DNA from: Candidatus Saccharimonadia bacterium
Lineage (GTDB): Bacteria; Patescibacteriota; Saccharimonadia; UBA4664
Reading direction: 5' to 3'
Length of the DNA: 64,000 nucleotides
Assembly: GCA_041743505.1 (NCBI GenBank)
Contig: JBGTMQ010000003.1
Coordinates: forward strand, 89,148 to 153,147
Shown here: in pieces, positions 18,894 to 27,886 of the stretch
Layout: each line of letters opens with the position of its first letter
Numbering within the stretch: position 1 is the stretch's first letter
Translations under genes and position numbers: made by a program
Notes under the pieces: generated by a model
Told to the model about the DNA's origin: nothing
Databases searched by the model: none
What the model saw: the letters and a program-made list of their open reading frames with translations, nothing else

Positions 18894-19295
18894 TGGGACC
18901 AGACTACTGGTAAGCCGGATTCTGTCGTACGAAGCCCAAAGGCCCCGCCGGATGATCATCTCTCTGGGACTTATGTCACCATAAGCCTCAAGCGGCCCAT
19001 ATGCTCATGCTCAGCGAGCAGCTGCCCGGCCAGGCCGGGATGCATGAGCAGCCTTGCAGCAGACGGGGTTTACCTCCCTTCCCGGTCACCCGGGTCAGCT
19101 GTGCGCTCTTACCGCACTCGTTTCACCCTTACCGCTACCCGGCTCTGCTCGAAAGCTTCACCCGCACGCCAGCGGCGGTTTCGTTTCTGTGGCACTTTCC
19201 CTAGGATCACCCCCGGTTGCCGTTAGCAACCGTCTTGCTCTGCGCTGTCCGGACTTTCCTCACCGGTCACCCGGCGCGATCATCTTGTAGACTGG
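18894..19295 (-). ncRNA. rnpB: RNase P RNA (bacterial type)
   Basis: Minus strand contains the P4 5' strand GAGGAAAGUCCGGAC and the 3' strand ACAGAAUCCGGCUUA. It also contains the CR-V block GGUAAGGGUGAAACGAGUGCGGUAAGAGCGCAC and a P1 helix CCAGUCUAC/GUAGUCUGG. A TATAAT-like promoter lies upstream. Confidence 0.8.
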
Positions 19296-19417
19296 CTACA
19301 ATATTATGCCAGAAAAAAATACATTACACAATAGATACTCGCCTACAAAACTTGTAAAGTATCCAGGTAAATGCTATAATATATACAGGCATACCTACTC
19401 TACCCTTTGGAGCACCC

Positions 19418-19864
19418 ATGGTGGATTCCATATCGCTGCTAACCCTCGGCATCCGGCTGACTCTTGGCGCGACAGCATTATGTATGCTTATTTTAGCAGT
19501 AATCGTCATACGGCAGCGGCGTGGCACAGCACCCAACCGGTTCCTAGCCTGGACCTGCATCATTTTGGCGCTACTTGGAGTACTAGCCTCACTTATCTTC
19601 AGCGACAAGCGCGAAGACCTACGGTACGAGAACCAAGTCAGGAGCGATATTGCCACGGCTTACTCGAGCCAGGTTCAAGTTAACAGTGTCGACCGGTCCA
19701 CAAGTGCTATATCCTTCTACGTAATGCTGCCCGAGAAAAACGGCAACCTGCCCGTGATGGAAGATTGCAACGGAACCGTTATGCAACCCCCCGGCAAAAT
19801 GTGGGATGTCGACATCATGAGCCTGACGCCAAACTGCCAAAAGGCACTCACAGCCGCCTCGTAA
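19418..19864 (+). CDS. hypothetical membrane protein (2 TM)
   Basis: Two N-terminal TM helices and a soluble C-terminal domain. A bidirectional hairpin terminator follows at 19889-19915. Confidence 0.4.
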   Translation: MVDSISLLTLGIRLTLGATALCMLILAVIVIRQRRGTAPNRFLAWTCIILALLGVLASLIFSDKREDLRYENQVRSDIATAYSSQVQVNSVDRSTSAISFYVMLPEKNGNLPVMEDCNGTVMQPPGKMWDVDIMSLTPNCQKALTAAS

Positions 19865-19926
19865 CCGCGTCAAGAATATAATAAGGGCCACGCCTAAAGC
19901 GTGGCCCTCTCTCTCGCCCAAAGAAA

Positions 19927-20679
19927 TCAGGACCGGATTCCTAGAGCCCTTAGGCGTGTCGCGGTCTCAGGATCAAGGGTCGCGTTCTGGCTCTGCCTGG
20001 TCAAGGCCTCACCTTCAAGCCGGGCAATTGTCCCCTTAGCCTCTGTCAGCTCTGTGCGAAGTGAAGTAAGTTCCTTATGATGCTGTCGGCTCCCCTGCTC
20101 GGTGGCTCTGTGCGCGTCAGCGAGTTCTTCAGTGAGCTGCTCGATTCGTTGGTTGGCACTCTCAAGCTTAGTCGCTAGCTGCTCGATGATACTCGGATCA
20201 ACCATTGAGCTCCCAGCCTTGGCCTCAGCCAGTTCGGCCTTAAGATCATGGTTAATATTGGTTAATTCCTCGACCCGCCCAATGAGCTTTCGCATCGCCT
20301 CATCCTTTGTGAGAGGCTCCTTCTTCGGCGGTTGCACATCATAAACCACATTCTTATGAGAACTGCTCGCTCGCCTAAGGTGTCCCTGCCTTACGAGGCA
20401 GTCAAACACAGTTTGTTTTAAGGCTGTTACAACGAGCGGTTCATACAGCTGCTGGAGCACTCCCACAATGACTGCCATGATAGCAGTCGTATTCGCGCGA
20501 GCAGGCAGCATATCAAGTTGCTCAACCACAAACTCAGTTGCACCTTCAGCTTCCTTTCTGAGATCGGGGTCCGTAGTTATGCTTGGACCAACAAGGTGGT
20601 TAGGCAAGGTTGCCGGCAAATCCTGCCCTTCTGCCGTGCGGGGCTGAGTCGTCCTGTGCATGCCTTTACGTTCAGGCAT
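19927..20679 (-). CDS. hypothetical coiled-coil protein
   Basis: C-terminal heptad-rich E/L/A/K segment with no catalytic motif. Confidence 0.4.
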   Translation of the reverse strand: MPERKGMHRTTQPRTAEGQDLPATLPNHLVGPSITTDPDLRKEAEGATEFVVEQLDMLPARANTTAIMAVIVGVLQQLYEPLVVTALKQTVFDCLVRQGHLRRASSSHKNVVYDVQPPKKEPLTKDEAMRKLIGRVEELTNINHDLKAELAEAKAGSSMVDPSIIEQLATKLESANQRIEQLTEELADAHRATEQGSRQHHKELTSLRTELTEAKGTIARLEGEALTRQSQNATLDPETATRLRALGIRS

Positions 20680-20688
20680 GGGCCCTCC

Positions 20689-21333
20689 TTACGTGATGGC
20701 CGTGATAACCGCGGCTAGTTCGTCCGGCACGTTTTGTTGGGCGGTGAGATCAGCCACCCGCCGCTCCAGCTCTTTGGCTCGTTCAGCTACAGGCGTAAGT
20801 CGGGCGACTTCTTTCTTCAGTACCTGCATGGCTTGAATCGCCTCCGCGCGTCTCGCGGCCGATGTCTCCAACGACTGCCGCAACCTATCGCACTCCTCTT
20901 CAGCTTCCACAACCCGCTTGGTAACTATCTCGAGCTCCCGGGTCAGATGCACGATCTGCTCGTCAGGCTTATCAGCTTCAGCCATAGGTGCTTCTTCTTG
21001 GTCAAGGGCGTCTACAGTCTGGCGAGGGCGGGAGCCATGCCTCATCTTCAGACTGTCCGTTTTGGTTGTAATCATACTAGGCGCACTTAGCAAGTTTTGC
21101 TCAGGAGCTATTGCAACTCTATCCATCAGCTCAAGAAGACCGATTCGTTTTCGTCGCTGGAGCTCCCTAAGCGAAAGGAGGACTACGTGCGAAGATAAAC
21201 CCAGCCTTTTCCCAATAGTCAAATGGGGAGATTCTAGCAAGCTGACAGTATCTTCAGTCAGCCCTTGAAAAAGCTGGGTCACTTCCTTCATGACGCTCTC
21301 GATAGGCAGGGATGAATTCCCCCCTTTTCCCAT
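20689..21333 (-). CDS. hypothetical coiled-coil protein with a possible N-terminal HTH
   Basis: N-terminal LESPHLTIGKRLGLSSHVVLLSLRELQRR resembles a sigma-region-4/LuxR-like HTH. The C-terminal half is coiled-coil. Confidence 0.35.
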   Translation of the reverse strand: MGKGGNSSLPIESVMKEVTQLFQGLTEDTVSLLESPHLTIGKRLGLSSHVVLLSLRELQRRKRIGLLELMDRVAIAPEQNLLSAPSMITTKTDSLKMRHGSRPRQTVDALDQEEAPMAEADKPDEQIVHLTRELEIVTKRVVEAEEECDRLRQSLETSAARRAEAIQAMQVLKKEVARLTPVAERAKELERRVADLTAQQNVPDELAAVITAIT

Positions 21334-21438
21334 AACAGTACCCTCTCTGCTCGAAGAACATAAAATATTATAGTATGTGATTCACCTTCACACAACTAAG
21401 CGTACGGTTGGACCAAAGGTGCGAATGATATTAAATGG

Positions 21439-21855
21439 TTATTTCAAACCCAGTGCCTGGTCAATCACCTTGTTAACCTCGGCGTCTGCCAGTTTGTTGC
21501 TAGCCCGGTACACGTGTTCAAAAGTGACATTATACGCCTTGGCCAAAGCAATGACCTCCGCATATATAGGCTTCAACCCCGGATGCTTCACCCGGTACTG
21601 ACCATTAAGCTGCTTACAGACCAGCTCCGAGTCCATATAGGCATGCACCCGTTTGGGCTTATATTTTGTAATGGCTTCAAGCGCCAATTTCACAGCTGTC
21701 CATTCAGCCACATTATTGGTGGTCTCCCCCAAATAAACTCCAAAACCTTCCAAAACCTTATCGTTCATATCCAAAATTACAACACCGCTTGCGCTTGGAC
21801 CTGGGTTACCCCGGGAACCACCGTCGGTAAAAAACTTTAATTCAGCTACCTCCAC
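21439..21855 (-). CDS. rnhA: ribonuclease HI
   Basis: FTDGGSRGNPGPSASGVVIL...NNVAEWTAV...HAYMDSELV is the canonical RNase H catalytic motif set. Confidence 0.85.
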   Translation of the reverse strand: MEVAELKFFTDGGSRGNPGPSASGVVILDMNDKVLEGFGVYLGETTNNVAEWTAVKLALEAITKYKPKRVHAYMDSELVCKQLNGQYRVKHPGLKPIYAEVIALAKAYNVTFEHVYRASNKLADAEVNKVIDQALGLK

Positions 21856-21857
21856 GC

Positions 21858-22403
21858 CTAACCCTGTCCTGGTTGCTGAGGTTGCTGCTTAACCTGCTCT
21901 TCACGATGTTTAGCATGCTCTTCCCAGTCAGACAGGAAGGTACTGGACGACCAGTTCTTATCCAACCCAACTCCGCTAATCACTTTAATGTTGTGTTTTT
22001 TACACGTTTCCCACTCCGGAATACTGGTTTCATCGATCCGGTCACCACCCTTTGTAAATACATGCGGCTTCAATTGCTCTAATGCCATAATCACCGTTTG
22101 ATCATCCTCAATCTCAAACGGCACCACATAATCAACCTCCCGCAGCGCGCTTACTATCAGCGACCGCGTCCCCAGATCCTGAAACGGCTTGCCTTTCTTG
22201 CGGGTCAAAAAACCATCGCCATTCACAATGACAACCACAGTGTCACCGTATTGCCGGCTCTGCAAAATGCAGCTAATGTGGCCGGGGTGAATCGGATCAA
22301 ACCCGCCGCTAGTAGCCACAATGCGCCCCAAGTGCGGCCGCAATGCCGCTAGCTCCTCAAACGTCACAATCTTGGCACCAAAGTCCTGCATAGTAAGCTC
22401 CAC
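21858..22403 (-). CDS. cytidylyltransferase-like nucleotidyltransferase (RfaE domain II / HldE adenylyltransferase-like)
   Basis: SGGFDPIHPGH (HxGH) motif plus VVVIVNGD and KGGD blocks, laid out as in heptose-1-phosphate adenylyltransferase. Confidence 0.5.
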   Translation of the reverse strand: MELTMQDFGAKIVTFEELAALRPHLGRIVATSGGFDPIHPGHISCILQSRQYGDTVVVIVNGDGFLTRKKGKPFQDLGTRSLIVSALREVDYVVPFEIEDDQTVIMALEQLKPHVFTKGGDRIDETSIPEWETCKKHNIKVISGVGLDKNWSSSTFLSDWEEHAKHREEQVKQQPQQPGQG

Positions 22404-22520
22404 CGTTATACTCTGGAACTATAACCCAGATCCGCTCCTCAGCCAACCAACGTGGTTGCCAGACTAAGGGGCAGAGGGCACGGCCGTAAACCGCGCCCAA
22501 CCCTTGAAACATTATCTTGC

Positions 22521-23618
22521 CTAGATGCTCGCCTGCAGCAATTGTGTGGCCCGGGCCACCGCTCCATGATGTTCCGGATTCTCGAGACAGGCCCGCACTT
22601 TGCACCCACGCGCAATATCAGAAAATTGCTTGCGGCCCTGACTCTCGAAGTTCTGCAAGAAATCCGTCTCTTTGACGCAAAACCTGCGCAGGTCTTCATC
22701 GCTCAGAATACCTGGCGACACATCAATGCGCTGCAGCACAGCCCCAACAGCTTGGGCCCCCAGGAAGGTTCCCAGATTACCAAAAACCAACCGCGTGGCC
22801 TTTAGGGCGGTTGGGTGGCGCAATTTCAAGGCAAATCTAGTTACTACCTTACCCTGGTCTTTCTCCTCTGCCGCACTGAACTCCTGAACGAATACGTCTT
22901 CCAGCTGCGTATGATCAGGCAGCCGGCTGATAAAAAACTCAGCTGCCAATCTGAAGCCATGTCCACCACTGCAAGCATGCTCCCATTCGGGATAGTAACC
23001 AAACTTCTGGAAGAAGAATTGCTGGAAAGCAACCTCAAGTTGCTCACGCGCCGCAAACGGTGGGTGGCCGTCTTCACGCGCAGTTGAGCCAAGGCCCATA
23101 TTCAGACCAGTGCCAAAGATGGCATAGCCGTAGGAGTCGCCGTCCTGAAAGTTACCCGATCGCAATTCAGCATAATCGTGCTGGTTCAATAGCGACAGAC
23201 CATAATACCCGGCTTGGCCGTCGTTCAGCCAGTCCGTCGAGAAGCCAAACAATGTCGAGCTTTCGGTCCGGTCAAACTCAGGCCAGCCCTTAAGGTTAGT
23301 GAACCGCAGAAGACCACGGCGCGGCACTGGTCCCGCCAAAAACGCCGCTCCCACTACTGGCCGGCATCCGAAATAAATCTGAGCTGCAGCCGTAGCGTGC
23401 ATCAAATCCTGATAATACTGAGCCGGCTCACGTACCTCCAGCTCATCAACTACTCTGCCGGCACGGTTAATCAGCACCGACCGGAATGTCGACCCGCCCA
23501 ACGGGAATGCTACCGCCAAGTCCGCGTCACGCGGCAGGCTCTGGGCTCTCTCCTGCAAACGGTCACGAGCACCAATAGGCAACGGACGACCTTCCGGTCC
23601 TGCCTGAACAGTCATCAC
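22521..23618 (-). CDS. glucokinase (Glk) family sugar kinase
   Basis: AIFGTGLNMGL...GHPPFA and C-terminal GNLGTFLGAQAVGAV blocks resemble the PF02685 glucokinase family. Confidence 0.5.
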   Translation of the reverse strand: MMTVQAGPEGRPLPIGARDRLQERAQSLPRDADLAVAFPLGGSTFRSVLINRAGRVVDELEVREPAQYYQDLMHATAAAQIYFGCRPVVGAAFLAGPVPRRGLLRFTNLKGWPEFDRTESSTLFGFSTDWLNDGQAGYYGLSLLNQHDYAELRSGNFQDGDSYGYAIFGTGLNMGLGSTAREDGHPPFAAREQLEVAFQQFFFQKFGYYPEWEHACSGGHGFRLAAEFFISRLPDHTQLEDVFVQEFSAAEEKDQGKVVTRFALKLRHPTALKATRLVFGNLGTFLGAQAVGAVLQRIDVSPGILSDEDLRRFCVKETDFLQNFESQGRKQFSDIARGCKVRACLENPEHHGAVARATQLLQASI

Positions 23619-23763
23619 AGCAACCTCCTAGAGGTCATGGTTGATTGGAAACACCAAAGCAAATGCCATGCTAGACAACAAGATTTCAAGGCGGGTTCGA
23701 GCGAAACGCTTAAACACAAATACTACAATACACTAAAAACCAGCTTTGTAAATAGCTGGCTGA

Positions 23764-24249
23764 TTAATTCCGGTTAATATGCACTCTCGTCGAACTCGAG
23801 CTGTGGTTCGAGCCCTGTCCACCGGAGCTACTCTGGTGGACGCTATTACTGACTGAGATGTTCGTCGAACCCGAAGAACCATCCTCCGACGTATCAGTAC
23901 AATTAATCTCAATGTCTGAATCCGGACCCGTACTCTCTACATCAATTGTTTCCGGGCAGGGCGAAGCAGCCGGACGTGCGGCCGCACGCGGAGTCAACAC
24001 CGGCGTCGGCGCGGGTGTCAAAGTCGGCGCGGGCGTCGAGGCCACAGGCACATTAGCAACCAAATGCTCCTCACCATCCACAACGAGGCTTATCGAATCA
24101 TCCAAGATCTGGATGGCCACCCGCACAGCCTGCGGATTCACATCAGCCACCGACGGCTCAACTCGTTGCCCAGCACTAAACAAACCTGCCGCAACAACTA
24201 TTGCGGCCAAGCTCAGAAAAACAACTTGTGTACGCAAACCACTTAGCAT
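23764..24249 (-). CDS. hypothetical secreted Pro/Thr-rich protein
   Basis: N-terminal signal/anchor, a TPAPTLTPAPTPVLTP linker and a Ser-rich C-terminus. Downstream of sipW on the same strand, with a good hairpin+U terminator after it. Confidence 0.4.
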   Translation of the reverse strand: MLSGLRTQVVFLSLAAIVVAAGLFSAGQRVEPSVADVNPQAVRVAIQILDDSISLVVDGEEHLVANVPVASTPAPTLTPAPTPVLTPRAAARPAASPCPETIDVESTGPDSDIEINCTDTSEDGSSGSTNISVSNSVHQSSSGGQGSNHSSSSTRVHINRN

Positions 24250-24283
24250 AACAACGCGCGATTTATATCTCTATCTTACACTA

Positions 24284-25483
24284 TCAACGATGATAAATAG
24301 CTCGGATCGCCGCCAGCAACCGGTCTCGGGCGGCGTGTACAGCCGACCGGTGTTTGGTGTGAGCCACAGACAGGCACTGGCTCAAATTACTCTTCTTGGC
24401 AGCCGCCTCCACCGACGTCACGAGCCGGTCCTGAGCCATACCGAAGCTGGCTACCTCAGCCCTCTCCGCAGACTCAAAAACCCGGTTGTATGCTTCACTA
24501 CCCCGGCTCATAGGTGCCGGATCAAGCACCTGGGTCTTAAATTGCCCTTCAGCCTTCCCAACCTGATGGTCATAGCTGGCCGCTCCTGCATCAAACCGGC
24601 CCGCCGCATCAGCTGCCGCTAATTCCGCACGCCGGTTTGCCAGACAAACCTTTATGTCGGTTCGCAACTGCGCACTAGCTGCATGAATAGCCTGCCCAAA
24701 CACCCTATGTGCCTCACGCAACAAAACCGACCGGCTTTTGCCACTTACAGCCGTCAGAGTATTATGCGTCAGTGCCACACTACCTACGGTGTTAGCATAC
24801 GTCTGGCCCGTAATGATCAAGGCCACCCCCGCCACAACCACCATCAGCCGTGGACCCATGCTATCGAGTGATCGCACTCGGGAACGCTGACGAGGCTTAG
24901 ACTGAACCTCGGCCACCAATGACCCGGCCGGAGGCTCATCAGGCGGGTCAATCTTCGAAACCGAATCACTGCCCGGCCTAGACTCCTGTGTCGCAAAAAT
25001 CCGACGCAAATTGCGAACCTCAGCCCAAATTACTACCAACCCCGGAATAACCACCAAGGCCAGCAAAATAATCGGATTGTGCAATAACGCCAGCAAATAC
25101 CCCGCCGCCGGCACAGTCATTGCTACCCGGCCCACAATCCGCCCGGTCGGAATCGGCGCGTCAGCCCGGTCGTTCGCATCACCCTTCGCCGTTATTGTCG
25201 GCAACCGGTCTATCACCTGTTTCGAAACTACCCGGTGAGTTATTGTCTGCCTAGAATTGGCCAGGCTAGTGTAGGTCACAATGTCACCAGGCTTAATCTC
25301 ACTCGTCGGCACCCGGTGAACCAGCACCAAGTCGCCTGGCTGTATAGCCGGTTTCATGCTGCCAGTCAACACATTAAGTGCTTTCCAGCCGCCGACAGGC
25401 ATCATGAACATCACGATCAAGCTTGCGCAGATCACGTACACTCCGATACCCAGCCATTTAGCGATGATGCCGGCTATGCCCAT
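24284..25483 (-). CDS. sipW: SipW-type (archaeal/ER-type) signal peptidase I with a long C-terminal extension
   Basis: LTGSMKPAIQPGDLVLV Ser-box and the following boxes are typical of SipW/S26B peptidases. An extra TM helix and about 230 residues follow the peptidase core. Confidence 0.65.
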   Translation of the reverse strand: MGIAGIIAKWLGIGVYVICASLIVMFMMPVGGWKALNVLTGSMKPAIQPGDLVLVHRVPTSEIKPGDIVTYTSLANSRQTITHRVVSKQVIDRLPTITAKGDANDRADAPIPTGRIVGRVAMTVPAAGYLLALLHNPIILLALVVIPGLVVIWAEVRNLRRIFATQESRPGSDSVSKIDPPDEPPAGSLVAEVQSKPRQRSRVRSLDSMGPRLMVVVAGVALIITGQTYANTVGSVALTHNTLTAVSGKSRSVLLREAHRVFGQAIHAASAQLRTDIKVCLANRRAELAAADAAGRFDAGAASYDHQVGKAEGQFKTQVLDPAPMSRGSEAYNRVFESAERAEVASFGMAQDRLVTSVEAAAKKSNLSQCLSVAHTKHRSAVHAARDRLLAAIRAIYHR

Positions 25484-25506
25484 ACCGAGCGCCCTACCTT
25501 AATTGT

Positions 25507-26109
25507 TTACGGAGTTGATGCCGAAAATTCCAAGTCGAAGCCACCGTTACCACTAACGGTGCCGCTATTCAAAGCACCCATCTCAAGACTCACCCAGGCT
25601 TCAAACTTTGTATCATTACCATTTGCAGGTACCGTCTCTGCCAAAGCTATACCCGAAGTACTTAAGTGAGCCAGGTTGTCCGAGGTAATCTCGCCCCCGG
25701 TCGTCCTAACATGAACCATCACTTTAGTTTTATCCATATTTTCAAATCCGCTAACATTAGTTGCCACCGCGCTCAAAGTCACATCCTGACCAGTTGTATT
25801 CTTCATCCAAAACAAACCGTGAGTCGAACCATTACTGTTTGGGACCAGGGAACCAAAATCAAAGCCCGATAACGCAGTTCCAAACGTACCTGCCCCTGAC
25901 TCACCGCCATCAGGTGCAATCTGCAGGCCGGCTGAAGCCGTCAGCGTATTACCAGTTATTTTTGTCGCCCCAACTTCAAGTGCAAAAGTTGCCCCCAGTA
26001 TCAGCGCTCCAGTGGCGCCAATTATCGCAAAAGAACGCGCAATTGATAATGTACGTGCGTGCATACCCACCTCACCTCTTATTAATCTTATACTAGCCTC
26101 AAAATACAA
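25507..26109 (-). CDS. TasA/camelysin-like secreted protein (SipW-cognate signal peptide class)
   Basis: N-terminal signal (probably starts at MHARTLSIARSF...) then G/T/S/N-rich beta-rich sequence. Sits immediately upstream of sipW in the same orientation, as tasA and calY do in Bacilli. Confidence 0.4.
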   Translation of the reverse strand: MYFEASIRLIRGEVGMHARTLSIARSFAIIGATGALILGATFALEVGATKITGNTLTASAGLQIAPDGGESGAGTFGTALSGFDFGSLVPNSNGSTHGLFWMKNTTGQDVTLSAVATNVSGFENMDKTKVMVHVRTTGGEITSDNLAHLSTSGIALAETVPANGNDTKFEAWVSLEMGALNSGTVSGNGGFDLEFSASTP

Positions 26110-26173
26110 AAAACGCTAGCACCAAGCTCACAAAGGTAGCTATTGGATCCCGGACCTAGCAAGACGTGTTCCG

Positions 26174-27031
26174 TTAATGCGCACTAGCGAAGTCCTTCAT
26201 AAATGTAACGGCTGGTGTGGCGTGCGTTTCGAGAAGAAAGTGCCCACCGTCCAAGATGTGGGCTTCCATACGCGGTAAGTCCTCCATCCACGAAAGCGTT
26301 TCGGCAAGGTCAAAGAAGGCATCGTGTCGCCCCCACACCATAAGAGCAGGCGGTTGATAGGTACGAAGATAGTCTGAGATAGAACCAAACCCTGCAACGT
26401 AGTTGCCGTAGTCGGCAATCAGTGATCGCTGAGCTGCTAACCGGCCTGGGAGGGACATCACGCGCCAATCCTCCTCCCAAACGGATGGGGAGATTTTTTG
26501 GGCTATATCATCCGGCACGTCGCCTACATACTGGTAGCGAACACCTTCGAGTGTTAAATGTGCCGAGGCAGCGGCTTTATTTTCACTATTAGGATGAGAC
26601 CAAAATGCCAGCGTATCCTTCCATTGTGGGCCAAATCCAGTCCGATGGGCATTTGCGTTCTGTATGATCAGACCTCGGACCAATTCCGGGTTGTCCATAG
26701 CGATGCGAAGCCCAACAGGAGCCCCAAAGTCATGTAGGTAAACATACCGCTCACCTACCTGCAGATGATCGAGAAGTTCGGCTAAAGCCGCTGCGTAACC
26801 GTCGAACGTTGTATTCCTTAGCACGTCAGAACTACCAAATCCAGGCATATCGGGCGCGATCACATAGGCTACGTCAGCTAGAACTGGGATAATTTCGCGG
26901 AACGTGTTGGCCGAACTTGGAAACCCATGGATCAGTAGGACTGCAGGACGTCTTTTGTCACCGGCCGAAACAAAAGACAGTTCAGCTCCGCCTGTCAACT
27001 TGATCGAAGATCTTGTAGCGGTGGTTAACAT
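26174..27031 (-). CDS. alpha/beta-fold hydrolase (epoxide hydrolase/haloalkane dehalogenase-like)
   Basis: LLIHGFPSS...PDMPGFGSSD nucleophile-elbow arrangement. Confidence 0.7.
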   Translation of the reverse strand: MLTTATRSSIKLTGGAELSFVSAGDKRRPAVLLIHGFPSSANTFREIIPVLADVAYVIAPDMPGFGSSDVLRNTTFDGYAAALAELLDHLQVGERYVYLHDFGAPVGLRIAMDNPELVRGLIIQNANAHRTGFGPQWKDTLAFWSHPNSENKAAASAHLTLEGVRYQYVGDVPDDIAQKISPSVWEEDWRVMSLPGRLAAQRSLIADYGNYVAGFGSISDYLRTYQPPALMVWGRHDAFFDLAETLSWMEDLPRMEAHILDGGHFLLETHATPAVTFMKDFASAH

Positions 27032-27115
27032 AAAGCTAATTATAGTGGATAGTAGCTGTACCGCTCAATCATTCGGTGTGACGGTCGAAAAGCCAGGGGA
27101 TACTCGCCGATAAAC

Positions 27116-27886
27116 CTACCCTACCGCGTAGCCCACCCGGATATTCCTATCCTTCCGCTTCAATTTGGTCACCCGGATTGTCCCCAACTCTTTAAGACTA
27201 CCAACGTGAGTACCGCCGCACGGTACCCCAAAGCCATCAAACTGCACCACTCGAATCGGTTTATTAGCCGGAAGGTTGTCCGGAACATGACGGCATATAC
27301 GCTTTAGCTCATCAAACTCCACAAATCGGCAGCTCACGGGCAAATCTTGCTTGATATACTCGTTACCCAGCTTCTCGATCTGCCGCATCAACTCATCCCG
27401 CTTTTCCAAATCAAACTGACCGTCATACTCAACATACGGATTATCCGGGAAATGGTACCCACGGCCAGGTATCCACGCCACGCCAAGCTGGCTCACCGCC
27501 ATATCAATCAAATGCCCGCCCGAATGCAGCCGGCAGTTTAACCGGCGTCGCTCAGCATCAACCACCATTCGCACATCCTCACCCTGAATAAAAGACCTGC
27601 CCTCAAAGTGGCCGATATGACGTACCACTCCATCATCAAACCGAACTTCCTCAACCACAAACTTAGTATCTTCGTTCTGAATAATACCGGTGTCATACGG
27701 CTGGCCTCCGCCCTGCGGATATAGAATAGTCTGATCAAGATAAACGACGCTCCGGCCGTCTTGCTGCTCAACCCGCTCCACGTAGGCGCCAGCTTCAAGA
27801 TCATGCATATTTTCTAAATAAAGCAGGTTAGTACTCATAGCCAGAATGTTAGTCCGAATAATCGATATTGTCAAACATTTTGACAA
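27116..27886 (-). CDS. AlaX-M-like alanyl-tRNA editing protein
   Basis: HSGGHLID and CGGTHV zinc-binding motifs of the Ala/Thr-tRNA synthetase editing (SAD) domain. Confidence 0.65.
   Translation of the reverse strand: MSKCLTISIIRTNILAMSTNLLYLENMHDLEAGAYVERVEQQDGRSVVYLDQTILYPQGGGQPYDTGIIQNEDTKFVVEEVRFDDGVVRHIGHFEGRSFIQGEDVRMVVDAERRRLNCRLHSGGHLIDMAVSQLGVAWIPGRGYHFPDNPYVEYDGQFDLEKRDELMRQIEKLGNEYIKQDLPVSCRFVEFDELKRICRHVPDNLPANKPIRVVQFDGFGVPCGGTHVGSLKELGTIRVTKLKRKDRNIRVGYAVG

Noticed and set aside
18798-19290. Three overlapping plus-strand ORFs (142, 67 and 78 aa) rich in Arg/Pro/Cys.
   Set aside because: They lie entirely within the minus-strand RNase P RNA gene. Their composition reflects GC-rich structured RNA, not protein.
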